Shown here: in pieces, positions 1-6,392 of the stretch | Position numbering within the stretch: the first letter of the stretch is position 1 | Layout of the letters: each line of letters starts with the position of its first letter | Assembly: GCA_023136205.1 (NCBI GenBank) | Contig: JAGLRQ010000153.1 | Coordinates: 1-7,081 of the forward strand | DNA: 7,081 nucleotides | Source of the DNA: Candidatus Auribacterota bacterium | GTDB taxonomy: Bacteria; Auribacterota; UBA6266 | Direction of reading: 5' to 3' | Notes under the pieces: generated by a model | What the model saw: only the letters and a program-made list of their open reading frames with translations | The model's database searches: none | What the model was told of the DNA's origin: nothing | Program-made: the position numbers and the translations under genes

Positions 1-195
1 GAGTATCTCAGCCGGAAAGAATTAAGTGCTTTGTTGAAAATTTGCTATCGCGGGTTTTATTTGCGCCCTGGTAAGGTTATAAAAAATATAATGAGATTGA
101 GAAATTTTTCCCATTTTAAAATGAAATTTAAAGGTTTGTTAACTATATTAGGTTTTGGCGGGTTCAGCAGAGAGAAAGAGAAAAGCAGTATCTAG
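1..195 (+). CDS. 3' end (truncated by the window edge) of a probable B12-binding-domain radical SAM protein
   Basis: Frame +1 is open from base 1 to TAG at 193-195 (64 codons: EYLSRKELSALLKICYRGFYLRPGKVIKNIMRLRNFSHFKMKFKGLLTILGFGGFSREKEKSSI*). From memory, the ..CYRGFYLRP.. tail is the kind of C-terminal segment seen in COG1032-type B12-binding radical SAM enzymes. An unambiguous member of that family starts at 6393 in the same cluster. The family call rests on a short fragment only. Confidence 0.4.
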   Translation, partial: EYLSRKELSALLKICYRGFYLRPGKVIKNIMRLRNFSHFKMKFKGLLTILGFGGFSREKEKSSI

Positions 196-226
196 CATTA
201 TACTATATACTCAATACGGTTTTTAA

Positions 227-242
227 AAGGGGGTTAATTCTG
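227..242 (+). promoter_or_regulatory. Candidate true initiation site of the 348..1979 gene: Shine-Dalgarno-like AAGGGGG (227-233), 6-nt spacer, in-frame CTG (240-242)
   Basis: The reading frame of the 348..1979 ORF stays open upstream to 132. From 240 it reads LKKLIFAAVLLVLIAAYVVSVDNLGEIKILGGNITP, a typical N-terminus with basic residues followed by a hydrophobic helix. No ATG, GTG or TTG lies in this frame between 196 and 347. The strongest purine-rich SD in the region sits 6 nt before the CTG. Confidence 0.4.
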
Positions 243-347
243 AAAAAGTTAATCTTTGCGGCTGTATTACTTGTTCTGATAGCTGCTTATGTTGTTTCTG
301 TCGATAATCTTGGCGAAATTAAAATCCTTGGTGGAAATATTACTCCG

Positions 348-1979
348 GTGGTCAATTGGCTCGCGTTCTGTGTTTTGGCTGCAGTGGGGTTAACAGCGGC
401 TATTCTTGTAATTTCTAATGGTACCTCTTCTACGGAGTTTTTAACTCAGGAAACGGTAAAAGTCAAAAGGTGTCATTTTTATGTGATATTGCTGATTTTT
501 ATTTTATACAAGCTGTTTGCGTTTTATATAACTCCGTCCGTCACACAGTATATGTGGGTATGGCCGGATGGCGCGGGATTTTTATCTGACACGCAGAGAA
601 TCTTAAAAGACCCGTCTATTCTACTGAACGATCCCATGAAAAGTAAATTTTATTCGGCATGGCTTGCTATTAGTCATGTATTATTTGGAAATATCATAGG
701 CCCATTGGGAGAATATAAGGCTTTTGGTTATACAATTATTGTAAACCATGTTATTGCTCCGATTGTCATGCAGAATATTATCGGTATTCTTTCAGCGTTA
801 ATTTGTTTTTCTATTTTTTCAAAAATAAATATTAAGCTGGCATACGCGGTAACACTACTTTCTTTTTTGAACCCGACAGCCCTTGCCGTGGACAATACAC
901 TTTTGAGAGAGTCGTTGACTTTGTTTTTTCTGCTAAGCGCGTTAGCGGTGTTTATTAAAGCTGTGAGACAGGGAAGTTCTCTGTTTTGTTTTTTATCAGG
1001 AATATTGTTTATTGTGGTATATCAATTTCGCCCTGAGACAATATTAATCTACGTTTTGTTATGTGGTATTTTGTTTGTGCACAATTTATTCAGAGAACAA
1101 AAAATATGGAAAGCAGTTTTTTTATTTTTTCTGCCTCTTGTCCTGATTATCTTTTTTGCTTCTAATAATTTGAGCTATAAGTATGCGGCTGACACAAATA
1201 AAGGCCGTTTCGGTATAGCAATGCACGGGCTAAAATCAAAATGTTATTTTTATGACAGCCCTACTTTTCCCGGTTTCTTTGAAAATATGCAAAAAAGGCT
1301 GACAAAGCTTGAAAAAGAGAGGTTTGCTCCTTGTGATGCCCCGTGTTCTACATGGCAGCTGGTCTGGTTTGCTGCGGATGAAGAAAAAGCCAGATATAAT
1401 CAGTCAATAGTGGGTGAAGAACCGGGTAAGTGCGTAAAAATAGAATCGGATGACCAGATTTTTTTGGATATAGTCAGGTATAATACATTTTGTTACCTGC
1501 AGTCCGTGTTAATGAATATCGGATATAATCTTATTCATAACCTGGAAAATATATCGCCCATTTTATATGACGGAAATAATTATTGGATTTCCCGAAACTG
1601 GGTTTATTATACGACTCCCAGAATGCTTGTCTTATATGAAAACAATAAGCCCCAGTATAAAATTATTACCGCCTTTTTCAAGGCCGTTGAATTGTATACT
1701 ACACGCAAAATTCTATTTCCATTTCTTATTATTGGATCGTTCTTAATCTTGGGATTAGGGCGGGGGAGGTTACTTAAGGATAATAAAGGGAACGCCTTTC
1801 TTTTATTGTGCACCCTTGTGATCGCATGGGTTCATTTATTAGCTGTTTCTGTGATGGCATATCCTGCTGCCAGGCTTGTTTATGTCCTTATTCCATTTAT
1901 TTTTACAATAGAGGTAATAGGTGTTTTCGGGGCTTTTTACTGCTTAAAGTCTTTGTTTTTAAAGAAGTTAAAAGATTAA
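348..1979 (+). CDS. Polytopic integral membrane protein with a large extracytoplasmic-type loop; putative GT-C-fold glycosyltransferase or Wzy/WaaL-like glycan polymerase/ligase (family unassigned)
   Basis: 543-aa ORF (GTG start as given in the track; probably extends to CTG 240, see the 227-242 feature). By eye there are about 10-12 hydrophobic spans. A hydrophilic segment of about 180 aa (roughly residues 274-454, nt 1167-1709) containing 5 Cys, including CDAPC, precedes three C-terminal spans. The first loop carries WVWPDGAGFLSD. The segment SKINIKLAYAVTLLSFLNPTALAV..RESLTLFFLLSALAV resembles, from memory, the ArnT/PMT_2-type pattern. The gene ends in a tandem TAATAA stop. Coding status is firm; function is a guess. 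Confidence 0.8.
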   Translation: MVNWLAFCVLAAVGLTAAILVISNGTSSTEFLTQETVKVKRCHFYVILLIFILYKLFAFYITPSVTQYMWVWPDGAGFLSDTQRILKDPSILLNDPMKSKFYSAWLAISHVLFGNIIGPLGEYKAFGYTIIVNHVIAPIVMQNIIGILSALICFSIFSKINIKLAYAVTLLSFLNPTALAVDNTLLRESLTLFFLLSALAVFIKAVRQGSSLFCFLSGILFIVVYQFRPETILIYVLLCGILFVHNLFREQKIWKAVFLFFLPLVLIIFFASNNLSYKYAADTNKGRFGIAMHGLKSKCYFYDSPTFPGFFENMQKRLTKLEKERFAPCDAPCSTWQLVWFAADEEKARYNQSIVGEEPGKCVKIESDDQIFLDIVRYNTFCYLQSVLMNIGYNLIHNLENISPILYDGNNYWISRNWVYYTTPRMLVLYENNKPQYKIITAFFKAVELYTTRKILFPFLIIGSFLILGLGRGRLLKDNKGNAFLLLCTLVIAWVHLLAVSVMAYPAARLVYVLIPFIFTIEVIGVFGAFYCLKSLFLKKLKD

Positions 1980-1985
1980 TAATTA

Positions 1986-3536
1986 TTGGAGAATACATTG
2001 AACCTAAAACATTTTTTTGAATATTTTAAATTATCAAAGAGTGTCCGGAATTTTGTTTATACGGGAGCTTTAATACTGATCCTTTGCGTAGGCGCGTATT
2101 ACCGCGGCATTTCAATAGAAAAGAATGTCAGGATAAGGAACCGTTTTGAGGCAAGTGTCAGCATGGCTTCTTACCTTTTTGTAAATCCAGCCGCGTATAA
2201 CCTGGCTAATGTGGTTAACGAAGAGCATTCTATATACGATTCTTTTCCTTTAAATGAGTATGATGAGTATACCACTGGCGCTGAGGATGTTGTTTTTGTC
2301 AGAAATCATCCGGGGATAAGCAGAGCAGAGAAAGACTCAATGCGCAAATCCAGAAGTGAACTGGGCTGGGCGTTTATATTACGCTATGTTTTGCCTGACG
2401 GCATTAAGGGTTCCCGGAATATGGCAAAAAGAGTTGTTCATTTTCGTTTTGTGGTGGAGATGATCCTGATTGTGATGATGTTTTTTGTTGGCAAGAAAAT
2501 AGCGGGATTTTTAGGCGCTGTATTATCTGCTTTGTTGTATGCCATATTCCTGCCGGCAGTTCATATGATGTGTTATATAACCTATTATTACTGGGCTATC
2601 CCGTTTTCGGTTTTTAGTTTGTTTTTTTGGGTTGTTTTATATGACATGGGGAAGAAGGAAAATAATTTAAAAAAGAAAATGGTATTATTCTTCATTTACG
2701 GAATGATAATGGGGTTTGCAACGGCAACAAGGATGATTTTATTGTTTTTGCCGCTCTTTCTATCACCTTTTATTTTTTATAAGGAAAGGAAAATAAAGAT
2801 ATCTATAATTTTATTAATAGTAATGCTCAGCGGGCAGTTCCTATTATTGATACCGCAGGTGTTTGTAAATAGACTGCAGTTTGGAAGGTGGACAATAAGC
2901 GCCAGGGAAACTTGGCACGCTGTTTTTATGGGAGTTGGAATACGCAAAAATCCTTTTGGGATAGAGAATAGTGGTGATTACGCGGTATTTGACTATATAA
3001 AAAGAACTCAGGGAGTAGATATTAACGAAGATGGTTTTGACGCGTATAACCAGGCATGTACAACACAGGCGATTAAGGTTATAAGAGAAAATCCAGGGCT
3101 GTTTATTGACAATGCGATTGAAAATATAAAAAGTTCCGGGAAAATTAATCCTACGATTTTCTATGCGATAGATATACCTTTTAAAGAAGTTCCAAGCCTC
3201 GAAGACATGAAAGATACTTCTCCATCTTCGTTAAACAGTGTTCCGCTTATTGATAAATATTTTTTATGGGCGATATTATTGGCTTTAATAGTTATATTTT
3301 TCAGTTCAAAGGAACAATTTAGAATGTTTCTTATCGTAATAGCTCAAAATATATATTTAGTGCTTGTTATTTGCCTTTATTTTCCTAATTATCTTTACTT
3401 TATGTCAGGCTATATACCCAGCTGGATACTTTTGATTGCTTTATCTATGGCAATTATTGCGGGGAAGTCGTTATTTATTCTCAAATCATTAGCTTCCCGA
3501 ATTGCTAAAAGACAGGTTTTTATAAAGCTTATATAA
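1986..3536 (+). CDS. Polytopic integral membrane protein, divergent paralog of the upstream gene; putative GT-C-fold glycosyltransferase or Wzy/WaaL-like protein (family unassigned)
   Basis: 516-aa ORF with a TTG start at 1986. An alternative TTG at 1998 is preceded by GGAG at 1988-1991 with a 6-nt spacer. The layout is: one N-terminal span; an acidic first loop of about 85 aa (..NEYDEYTTGAEDVVF..); about 7 spans; a hydrophilic loop of about 130 aa (residues about 295-424, beginning ..SARETWHAVFMGVG..); then three C-terminal spans. It shares collinear motifs with the 348..1979 product: GKKIAGFLGAVLSALLYAIFLP vs SKINIKLAYAVTLLSFLNP, ATRMILLFL vs FRPETILIY, and YKERKIKISI vs FREQKIWKAV. The gene ends in a tandem TAATAA stop. 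Confidence 0.8.
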   Translation: MENTLNLKHFFEYFKLSKSVRNFVYTGALILILCVGAYYRGISIEKNVRIRNRFEASVSMASYLFVNPAAYNLANVVNEEHSIYDSFPLNEYDEYTTGAEDVVFVRNHPGISRAEKDSMRKSRSELGWAFILRYVLPDGIKGSRNMAKRVVHFRFVVEMILIVMMFFVGKKIAGFLGAVLSALLYAIFLPAVHMMCYITYYYWAIPFSVFSLFFWVVLYDMGKKENNLKKKMVLFFIYGMIMGFATATRMILLFLPLFLSPFIFYKERKIKISIILLIVMLSGQFLLLIPQVFVNRLQFGRWTISARETWHAVFMGVGIRKNPFGIENSGDYAVFDYIKRTQGVDINEDGFDAYNQACTTQAIKVIRENPGLFIDNAIENIKSSGKINPTIFYAIDIPFKEVPSLEDMKDTSPSSLNSVPLIDKYFLWAILLALIVIFFSSKEQFRMFLIVIAQNIYLVLVICLYFPNYLYFMSGYIPSWILLIALSMAIIAGKSLFILKSLASRIAKRQVFIKLI

Positions 3537-3545
3537 TAAAAAATA

Positions 3546-3564
3546 GCTTAATTTTTGCTTAATT
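3546..3564 (+). repeat. 8-bp direct repeat GCTTAATT x2 in 11-bp register, just upstream of the candidate -10 element; possible regulator binding site
   Basis: GCTTAATT occurs at 3546-3553 and again at 3557-3564. A related AGCTTA is at 3526-3531. The repeat itself is read directly from the sequence; any regulatory role is conjecture. Confidence 0.45.
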
Positions 3565-3577
3565 GAACTTTTAGAAA

Positions 3578-3586
3578 TGATATAAT
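3578..3586 (+). promoter_or_regulatory. Candidate sigma70-type extended -10 promoter element (TGATATAAT) for the CDP-sugar genes
   Basis: A perfect TATAAT at 3581-3586 is preceded by TGn (3578-3580). It lies in the only sizeable intergenic gap of the cluster (3537-3666, 130 nt). The -35 candidates are badly spaced: TTGAAC at 3563-3568 gives a 12-nt spacer and TTGCTT at 3555-3560 gives 20 nt. That is tolerable for extended -10 promoters. AT-rich DNA produces such matches easily. Confidence 0.35.
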
Positions 3587-3666
3587 ACTGATCGGAGCGG
3601 TAAGCATTGCAATATAGATTGTATTAAAGGCTAACTCATTATAACAGAAACAGTTATGGGGTAATT

Positions 3667-4443
3667 ATGAAAGTAATTATTTTATGCGGCGGAAAAGGAA
3701 CAAGGCTTAGAGAAGAGACCGATGTTCGCCCTAAGCCATTAGTTCAGATTGGAAACCGGCCGATTCTTTGGCATATAATGAAAATTTATGCTCATTACGG
3801 ATATAAAGATTTTATCCTTAGCCTTGGATACAAGGGGAATATGATAAAGGAATATTTCCTGAATTATGAGGTGATGAATAATAATTGCACAATTCAATTA
3901 GGCATTCATAATAAGATTCAATTTCACGGTAATCACGAGGAAGAAAACTGGAATGTTACCCTTGTAGATACGGGGGGGGATGCCCAGACCGGCGCCAGGA
4001 TAAAAAGGGTAGAGGAACATATTGACGGGGATTCATTTATGGTGACTTATGGTGACGGTGTGGGAAACATAGACATAAAAAAGCTGGTGAAATTTCATGA
4101 ATCTTATGGAAAGATAGGGACAGTAACAGGTGTTCATCCTTCCTCGAGATTTGGGGACCTTATTATTAAGGACAACGTAGTGAAGAAGTTTCATGAAAAA
4201 GCTCAGGTGGGAGAAGGGTTGATTAATGGAGGTTTTTTTGTCTTTAATAAAGCCTTTTTGAAATATTTAAAAGAAGAAGATGATTGCATACTGGAGAAAG
4301 GGCCTCTGGAGAAACTTACATCAGAAGGGCAGTTAACCTCTTATGTTCACGATGATTTTTGGCAGTGCGTGGATACTTATAGAGAATTGGAATTATTAAA
4401 TAGTTTATGGAGATCCTCTCGTATTCCGTGGAAAGTTTGGTAA
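3667..4443 (+). CDS. rfbF: Glucose-1-phosphate cytidylyltransferase (CDP-glucose pyrophosphorylase)
   Basis: 258 aa, the typical length for this enzyme. The N-terminus MKVIILCGGKGTRLREETDVRPKPLVQIGNRPILWHIMKIY carries the GGxGTRL nucleotidyltransferase loop and the RfbF/DdhA-specific KP(L/M)VxIGxxPILWHIMK segment. Also present are YGDGVGNIDI, INGGFFVF and the C-terminal DDFWQCVDTYRE...PWKVW, characteristic of RfbF. SD GGGG (3658-3661) lies 5 nt before the ATG. Confidence 0.95.
   Translation: MKVIILCGGKGTRLREETDVRPKPLVQIGNRPILWHIMKIYAHYGYKDFILSLGYKGNMIKEYFLNYEVMNNNCTIQLGIHNKIQFHGNHEEENWNVTLVDTGGDAQTGARIKRVEEHIDGDSFMVTYGDGVGNIDIKKLVKFHESYGKIGTVTGVHPSSRFGDLIIKDNVVKKFHEKAQVGEGLINGGFFVFNKAFLKYLKEEDDCILEKGPLEKLTSEGQLTSYVHDDFWQCVDTYRELELLNSLWRSSRIPWKVW
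3972..3979 (+). repeat. G8 homopolymeric tract inside the rfbF coding sequence (codons ACG GGG GGG GAT = T-G-G-D)
   Basis: Read directly: c-gggggggg-a at 3971-3980. It is the longest G/C run in the window; all others I saw are 5 or shorter. Confidence 0.9.
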
Positions 4444-4445
4444 AT

Positions 4446-5420
4446 ATGAAAAATAATTTTTGGAAAGATAAAAGAGTTTTGGTAACGGGATATGAAGGGT
4501 TCTTGGGGTCAAACCTTACTAAGAAATTATTAGGACTTGATGCGAGGGTATTCGGTTTAGATGTTCTAACACATAGGAAACAAACAATCTTGACGAAAAA
4601 GGATTTATGCAAGGTTAAAATAATTAAAGGAAGTGTTGAAAATTTTTCTCTTCTGAATGATATAATTAAAGGGAATAAAATAGGTTTTATCTTCCATCTC
4701 GCGGCAAAATCACTTGTTGTTTACTGTACGCGAAACCCTCTTAAAGCTTTTTCTACAAATATTAAGGGAACGTGGAATATTCTTGAAGCATCAAGAAAAA
4801 GTGATTTAATAAAAGCCATTATTGTTGCTTCCAGTGACAAAGCCTACGGAAGCTGCATACATCTGCCGTACAAAGAAAACACCCCTTTACGGGGAGCACA
4901 TCCGTATGATGCTTCCAAAAGCTGTGCGGATTTAATAGCGTATACATACTTTCATACTTATGGAGTACCGGTATCAGTAACGCGTTGCGGCAATATTTTT
5001 GGACAGGGAGATTTTAATTTTTCAAGAATTATTCCGGATACGGTGAGGTCAATAATACAAAATAAGAAACTGATTATACGCAGCGATGGTAAATTTACCC
5101 GGGATTATATATATGTTGATGATATTGTAAGCGGTTATTTAATGCTGGCGGAAAAATTGCAAAAGTTGAAATTAGCCGGGGAAGCATTTAATTTTAGTTA
5201 CAGCAAACCGATTTCGGTCTTGGATTTAGTGAAAAAACTTTATCGTATAGCAGGTAAAAGGGCTAATTATCAAGTTGCTAACCAGGCAAAGTGTGAAATC
5301 AAAGACCAGTATTTATCATCTAAAAAAGTAAAAGAAGTTCTCAAATGGAAACCGAAATGTATGCTGGAAACAGGATTAAAGAAAACATTAGAATGGTATA
5401 GAGTTAATTTAAGGTGCTAA
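4446..5420 (+). CDS. rfbG: CDP-glucose 4,6-dehydratase-type extended SDR
   Basis: The track ORF starts at 4407 but that overlaps rfbF. ATG at 4446, 2 nt after the rfbF stop, gives MKNNFWKDKRVLVTGYEGFLGSNL, matching the NFWxGKRVxVTGxTGFKGSWL N-terminus of RfbG/DdhB. Also present are FHLAA, STNIKGTWNILEA, the SSDKAY Asp-Lys pair (dTDP-glucose dehydratases have TDE here), the YDASK Tyr-x3-Lys motif, and RCGNIFGQGDFNFSRIIPD. At 324 aa it is somewhat shorter than enterobacterial RfbG. Confidence 0.8.
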   Translation: MKNNFWKDKRVLVTGYEGFLGSNLTKKLLGLDARVFGLDVLTHRKQTILTKKDLCKVKIIKGSVENFSLLNDIIKGNKIGFIFHLAAKSLVVYCTRNPLKAFSTNIKGTWNILEASRKSDLIKAIIVASSDKAYGSCIHLPYKENTPLRGAHPYDASKSCADLIAYTYFHTYGVPVSVTRCGNIFGQGDFNFSRIIPDTVRSIIQNKKLIIRSDGKFTRDYIYVDDIVSGYLMLAEKLQKLKLAGEAFNFSYSKPISVLDLVKKLYRIAGKRANYQVANQAKCEIKDQYLSSKKVKEVLKWKPKCMLETGLKKTLEWYRVNLRC

Positions 5421-6373
5421 AGAAAAAAAAGATATTAATTACTGGTGCTGCAGGTTTTATTGGTTCTAATCTTCTCCGCCGTTGTTTAGAAGAGAATGCG
5501 GAAGTTTATATCTTGAGTATAAAACCGGCAAATAAGTGGCGATTAGAGAATGTTTTGAGTCATGTTCAGGAACACTGTGTAAATTTGTTGGATTTAGATC
5601 TCCTGGAAAAAACTGTTGCCTCAATTAGCCCCGAAATAATATTTCACATGGCTGCCTATGGGGTGTATTCTTCCCAGAAAGATGTTAAAAAAATCATTGA
5701 AACTAATTTACTAGGTACAATTAACTTAGTGAACATATGTAAAAAGACAGGTTTTGAGCTTTTTGTTAATACAGGTTCTGTCTTTGAATATGGAATAAAA
5801 AACAGCCCGCTAAAAGAAAGCGATATGCTGGAACCCATAAGCGATTATGGGATATCAAAGGCCGCGGCGACTTTGTATTGTCAGGCAGTGGCCAAAAAAG
5901 AAAACAGGCCTGTTGTAACCTTAAGATTATTTACGCCTTATGGATATTACGAAGAACCTCCCCGGCTTGTTCCTTCCGTAATTTTATCCTGTCTTAATGG
6001 CGAAAACCCCAAGCTTTCTTCTCCGGGTTCGATGAGAGATTTTATATTCATAGAAGATGTTGTAGACGCGTATATTAAAGCTGCTGAGAATGTACGAAAG
6101 GTCAGCGGAGAGATATTGAATATTGGTTCCGGCAAACAATGTTCAGTAGGTGAGGTTGTGAATACAATTCTGCGATCCTCCGGTAATTCTGTAATCCCGC
6201 GGTGGGACAGCTTTTCAGATAATCGTATTGAATCGAAAATGTTAGAAGCAAATATTTTAAAAGCGGAAAGAATGTTAAATTGGCGGCCGAATTATAGTTT
6301 GGAACAGGGATTGGAGAAAAGTGTAAAGTGGTTTAAAGAAAATATCGGATTGTACAAAAAACATAAAGTATAA
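5414..6373 (+). CDS. NAD(P)-dependent extended-SDR epimerase/reductase; probable tailoring enzyme for CDP-4-keto-6-deoxyglucose (4-reductase and/or epimerase)
   Basis: 319 aa. The GTG start at 5414 overlaps the upstream stop (GTGCTAA, 7-nt overlap), which suggests translational coupling. Motifs present: Rossmann ILITGAAGFIGSNL, FHMAA, TGSVFEYG (catalytic Ser region), YGISK (Tyr-x3-Lys) and RLFTPYG. The SDR assignment is firm. Substrate and stereochemistry are inferred from position only. Confidence 0.85.
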   Translation: MLKKKKILITGAAGFIGSNLLRRCLEENAEVYILSIKPANKWRLENVLSHVQEHCVNLLDLDLLEKTVASISPEIIFHMAAYGVYSSQKDVKKIIETNLLGTINLVNICKKTGFELFVNTGSVFEYGIKNSPLKESDMLEPISDYGISKAAATLYCQAVAKKENRPVVTLRLFTPYGYYEEPPRLVPSVILSCLNGENPKLSSPGSMRDFIFIEDVVDAYIKAAENVRKVSGEILNIGSGKQCSVGEVVNTILRSSGNSVIPRWDSFSDNRIESKMLEANILKAERMLNWRPNYSLEQGLEKSVKWFKENIGLYKKHKV

Positions 6374-6392
6374 ACAGGAAAAAGATAATAGT

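Noticed and set aside
199-211. TATACT-A-TATACT (199-204 and 206-211) as a possible -10 promoter pair upstream of the first membrane gene.
   Set aside because: There is no acceptable -35 or TG extension upstream. The region may be only a 44-nt intercistronic spacer if the CTG 240 start is real. The evidence is insufficient to annotate it.
227-307. Alternative-frame Cys-rich mini-ORF (KGVNSEKVNLCGCITCSDSCLCCFCR*, 7 Cys) immediately downstream of a radical SAM gene. It is tempting to read it as a SCIFF/ranthipeptide-like RiPP precursor.
   Set aside because: This frame has no ATG, GTG or TTG between the stop at 224-226 and the stop at 305-307. The Cys codons are the expected out-of-frame by-product of Leu/Val-rich (CTT GTT CTG...) coding in the main frame, which reads as a convincing N-terminal membrane helix.
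1607-1813. Minus-strand ORFs from the track (1607-1813, 4316-4612, 5656-5838, 5947-6135; 60-98 aa).
   Set aside because: All are fully antisense to long + strand genes that are either well supported by homology or strongly membrane-like. They have low-complexity composition and no recognisable motifs. They are typical spurious antisense ORFs.
1977-1985. Tandem in-frame TAATAA stops at the ends of both membrane genes (1977-1982 and 3534-3539), and absence of TGA as a stop in all six gene ends in the window. I wondered about stop-codon reassignment (code 4/25) or programmed read-through fusing the two same-frame membrane genes.
   Set aside because: No in-frame TGA interrupts any gene, and rfbF and the SDRs have normal full lengths under the standard code. 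TAA dominance and TAATAA are expected in AT-rich genomes. Read-through of two consecutive TAA codons is implausible.
1808-2020. 70-aa Cys-rich ORF (MHPCDRMGSFISCFCDGISCCQACLCPY...) overlapping the end of the first membrane gene. It could be mistaken for a radical-SAM-modified peptide.
   Set aside because: It lies entirely out of frame within the hydrophobic C-terminal spans of the 348..1979 gene and runs across the start of the next gene. It has no SD. The Cys enrichment is again a frame-shifted reading of TM-helix codons.
3525-3556. Possible rho-independent terminator after the second membrane gene: AAGCT (3525-3529) pairing with AGCTT (3545-3549), followed by AATTTTT.
   Set aside because: The stem is only 5 bp, the loop is 15 nt and AT-rich, and part of the stem lies inside the coding sequence. 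It is far too weak to call. No convincing terminator was seen anywhere in the window.
4407-4445. Track start (ATG 4407) for the dehydratase gene, giving the 13 extra residues MEILSYSVESLVN.
   Set aside because: It would overlap the conserved C-terminus of rfbF by 37 nt. ATG 4446 gives the canonical MKNNFWxxKRVxVTG N-terminus of this enzyme family and sits 2 nt after the rfbF stop.
5423-5430. A8 tract at codons 3-6 (KKKK) of the second SDR gene, as a second slippage or phase-variation site. T7 runs also occur at 1127-1133 and 4233-4239.
   Set aside because: A/T homopolymers of 7-8 are expected by chance in DNA this AT-rich, and Lys-rich N-termini are common. Unlike the G8 tract, these do not stand out against the composition.
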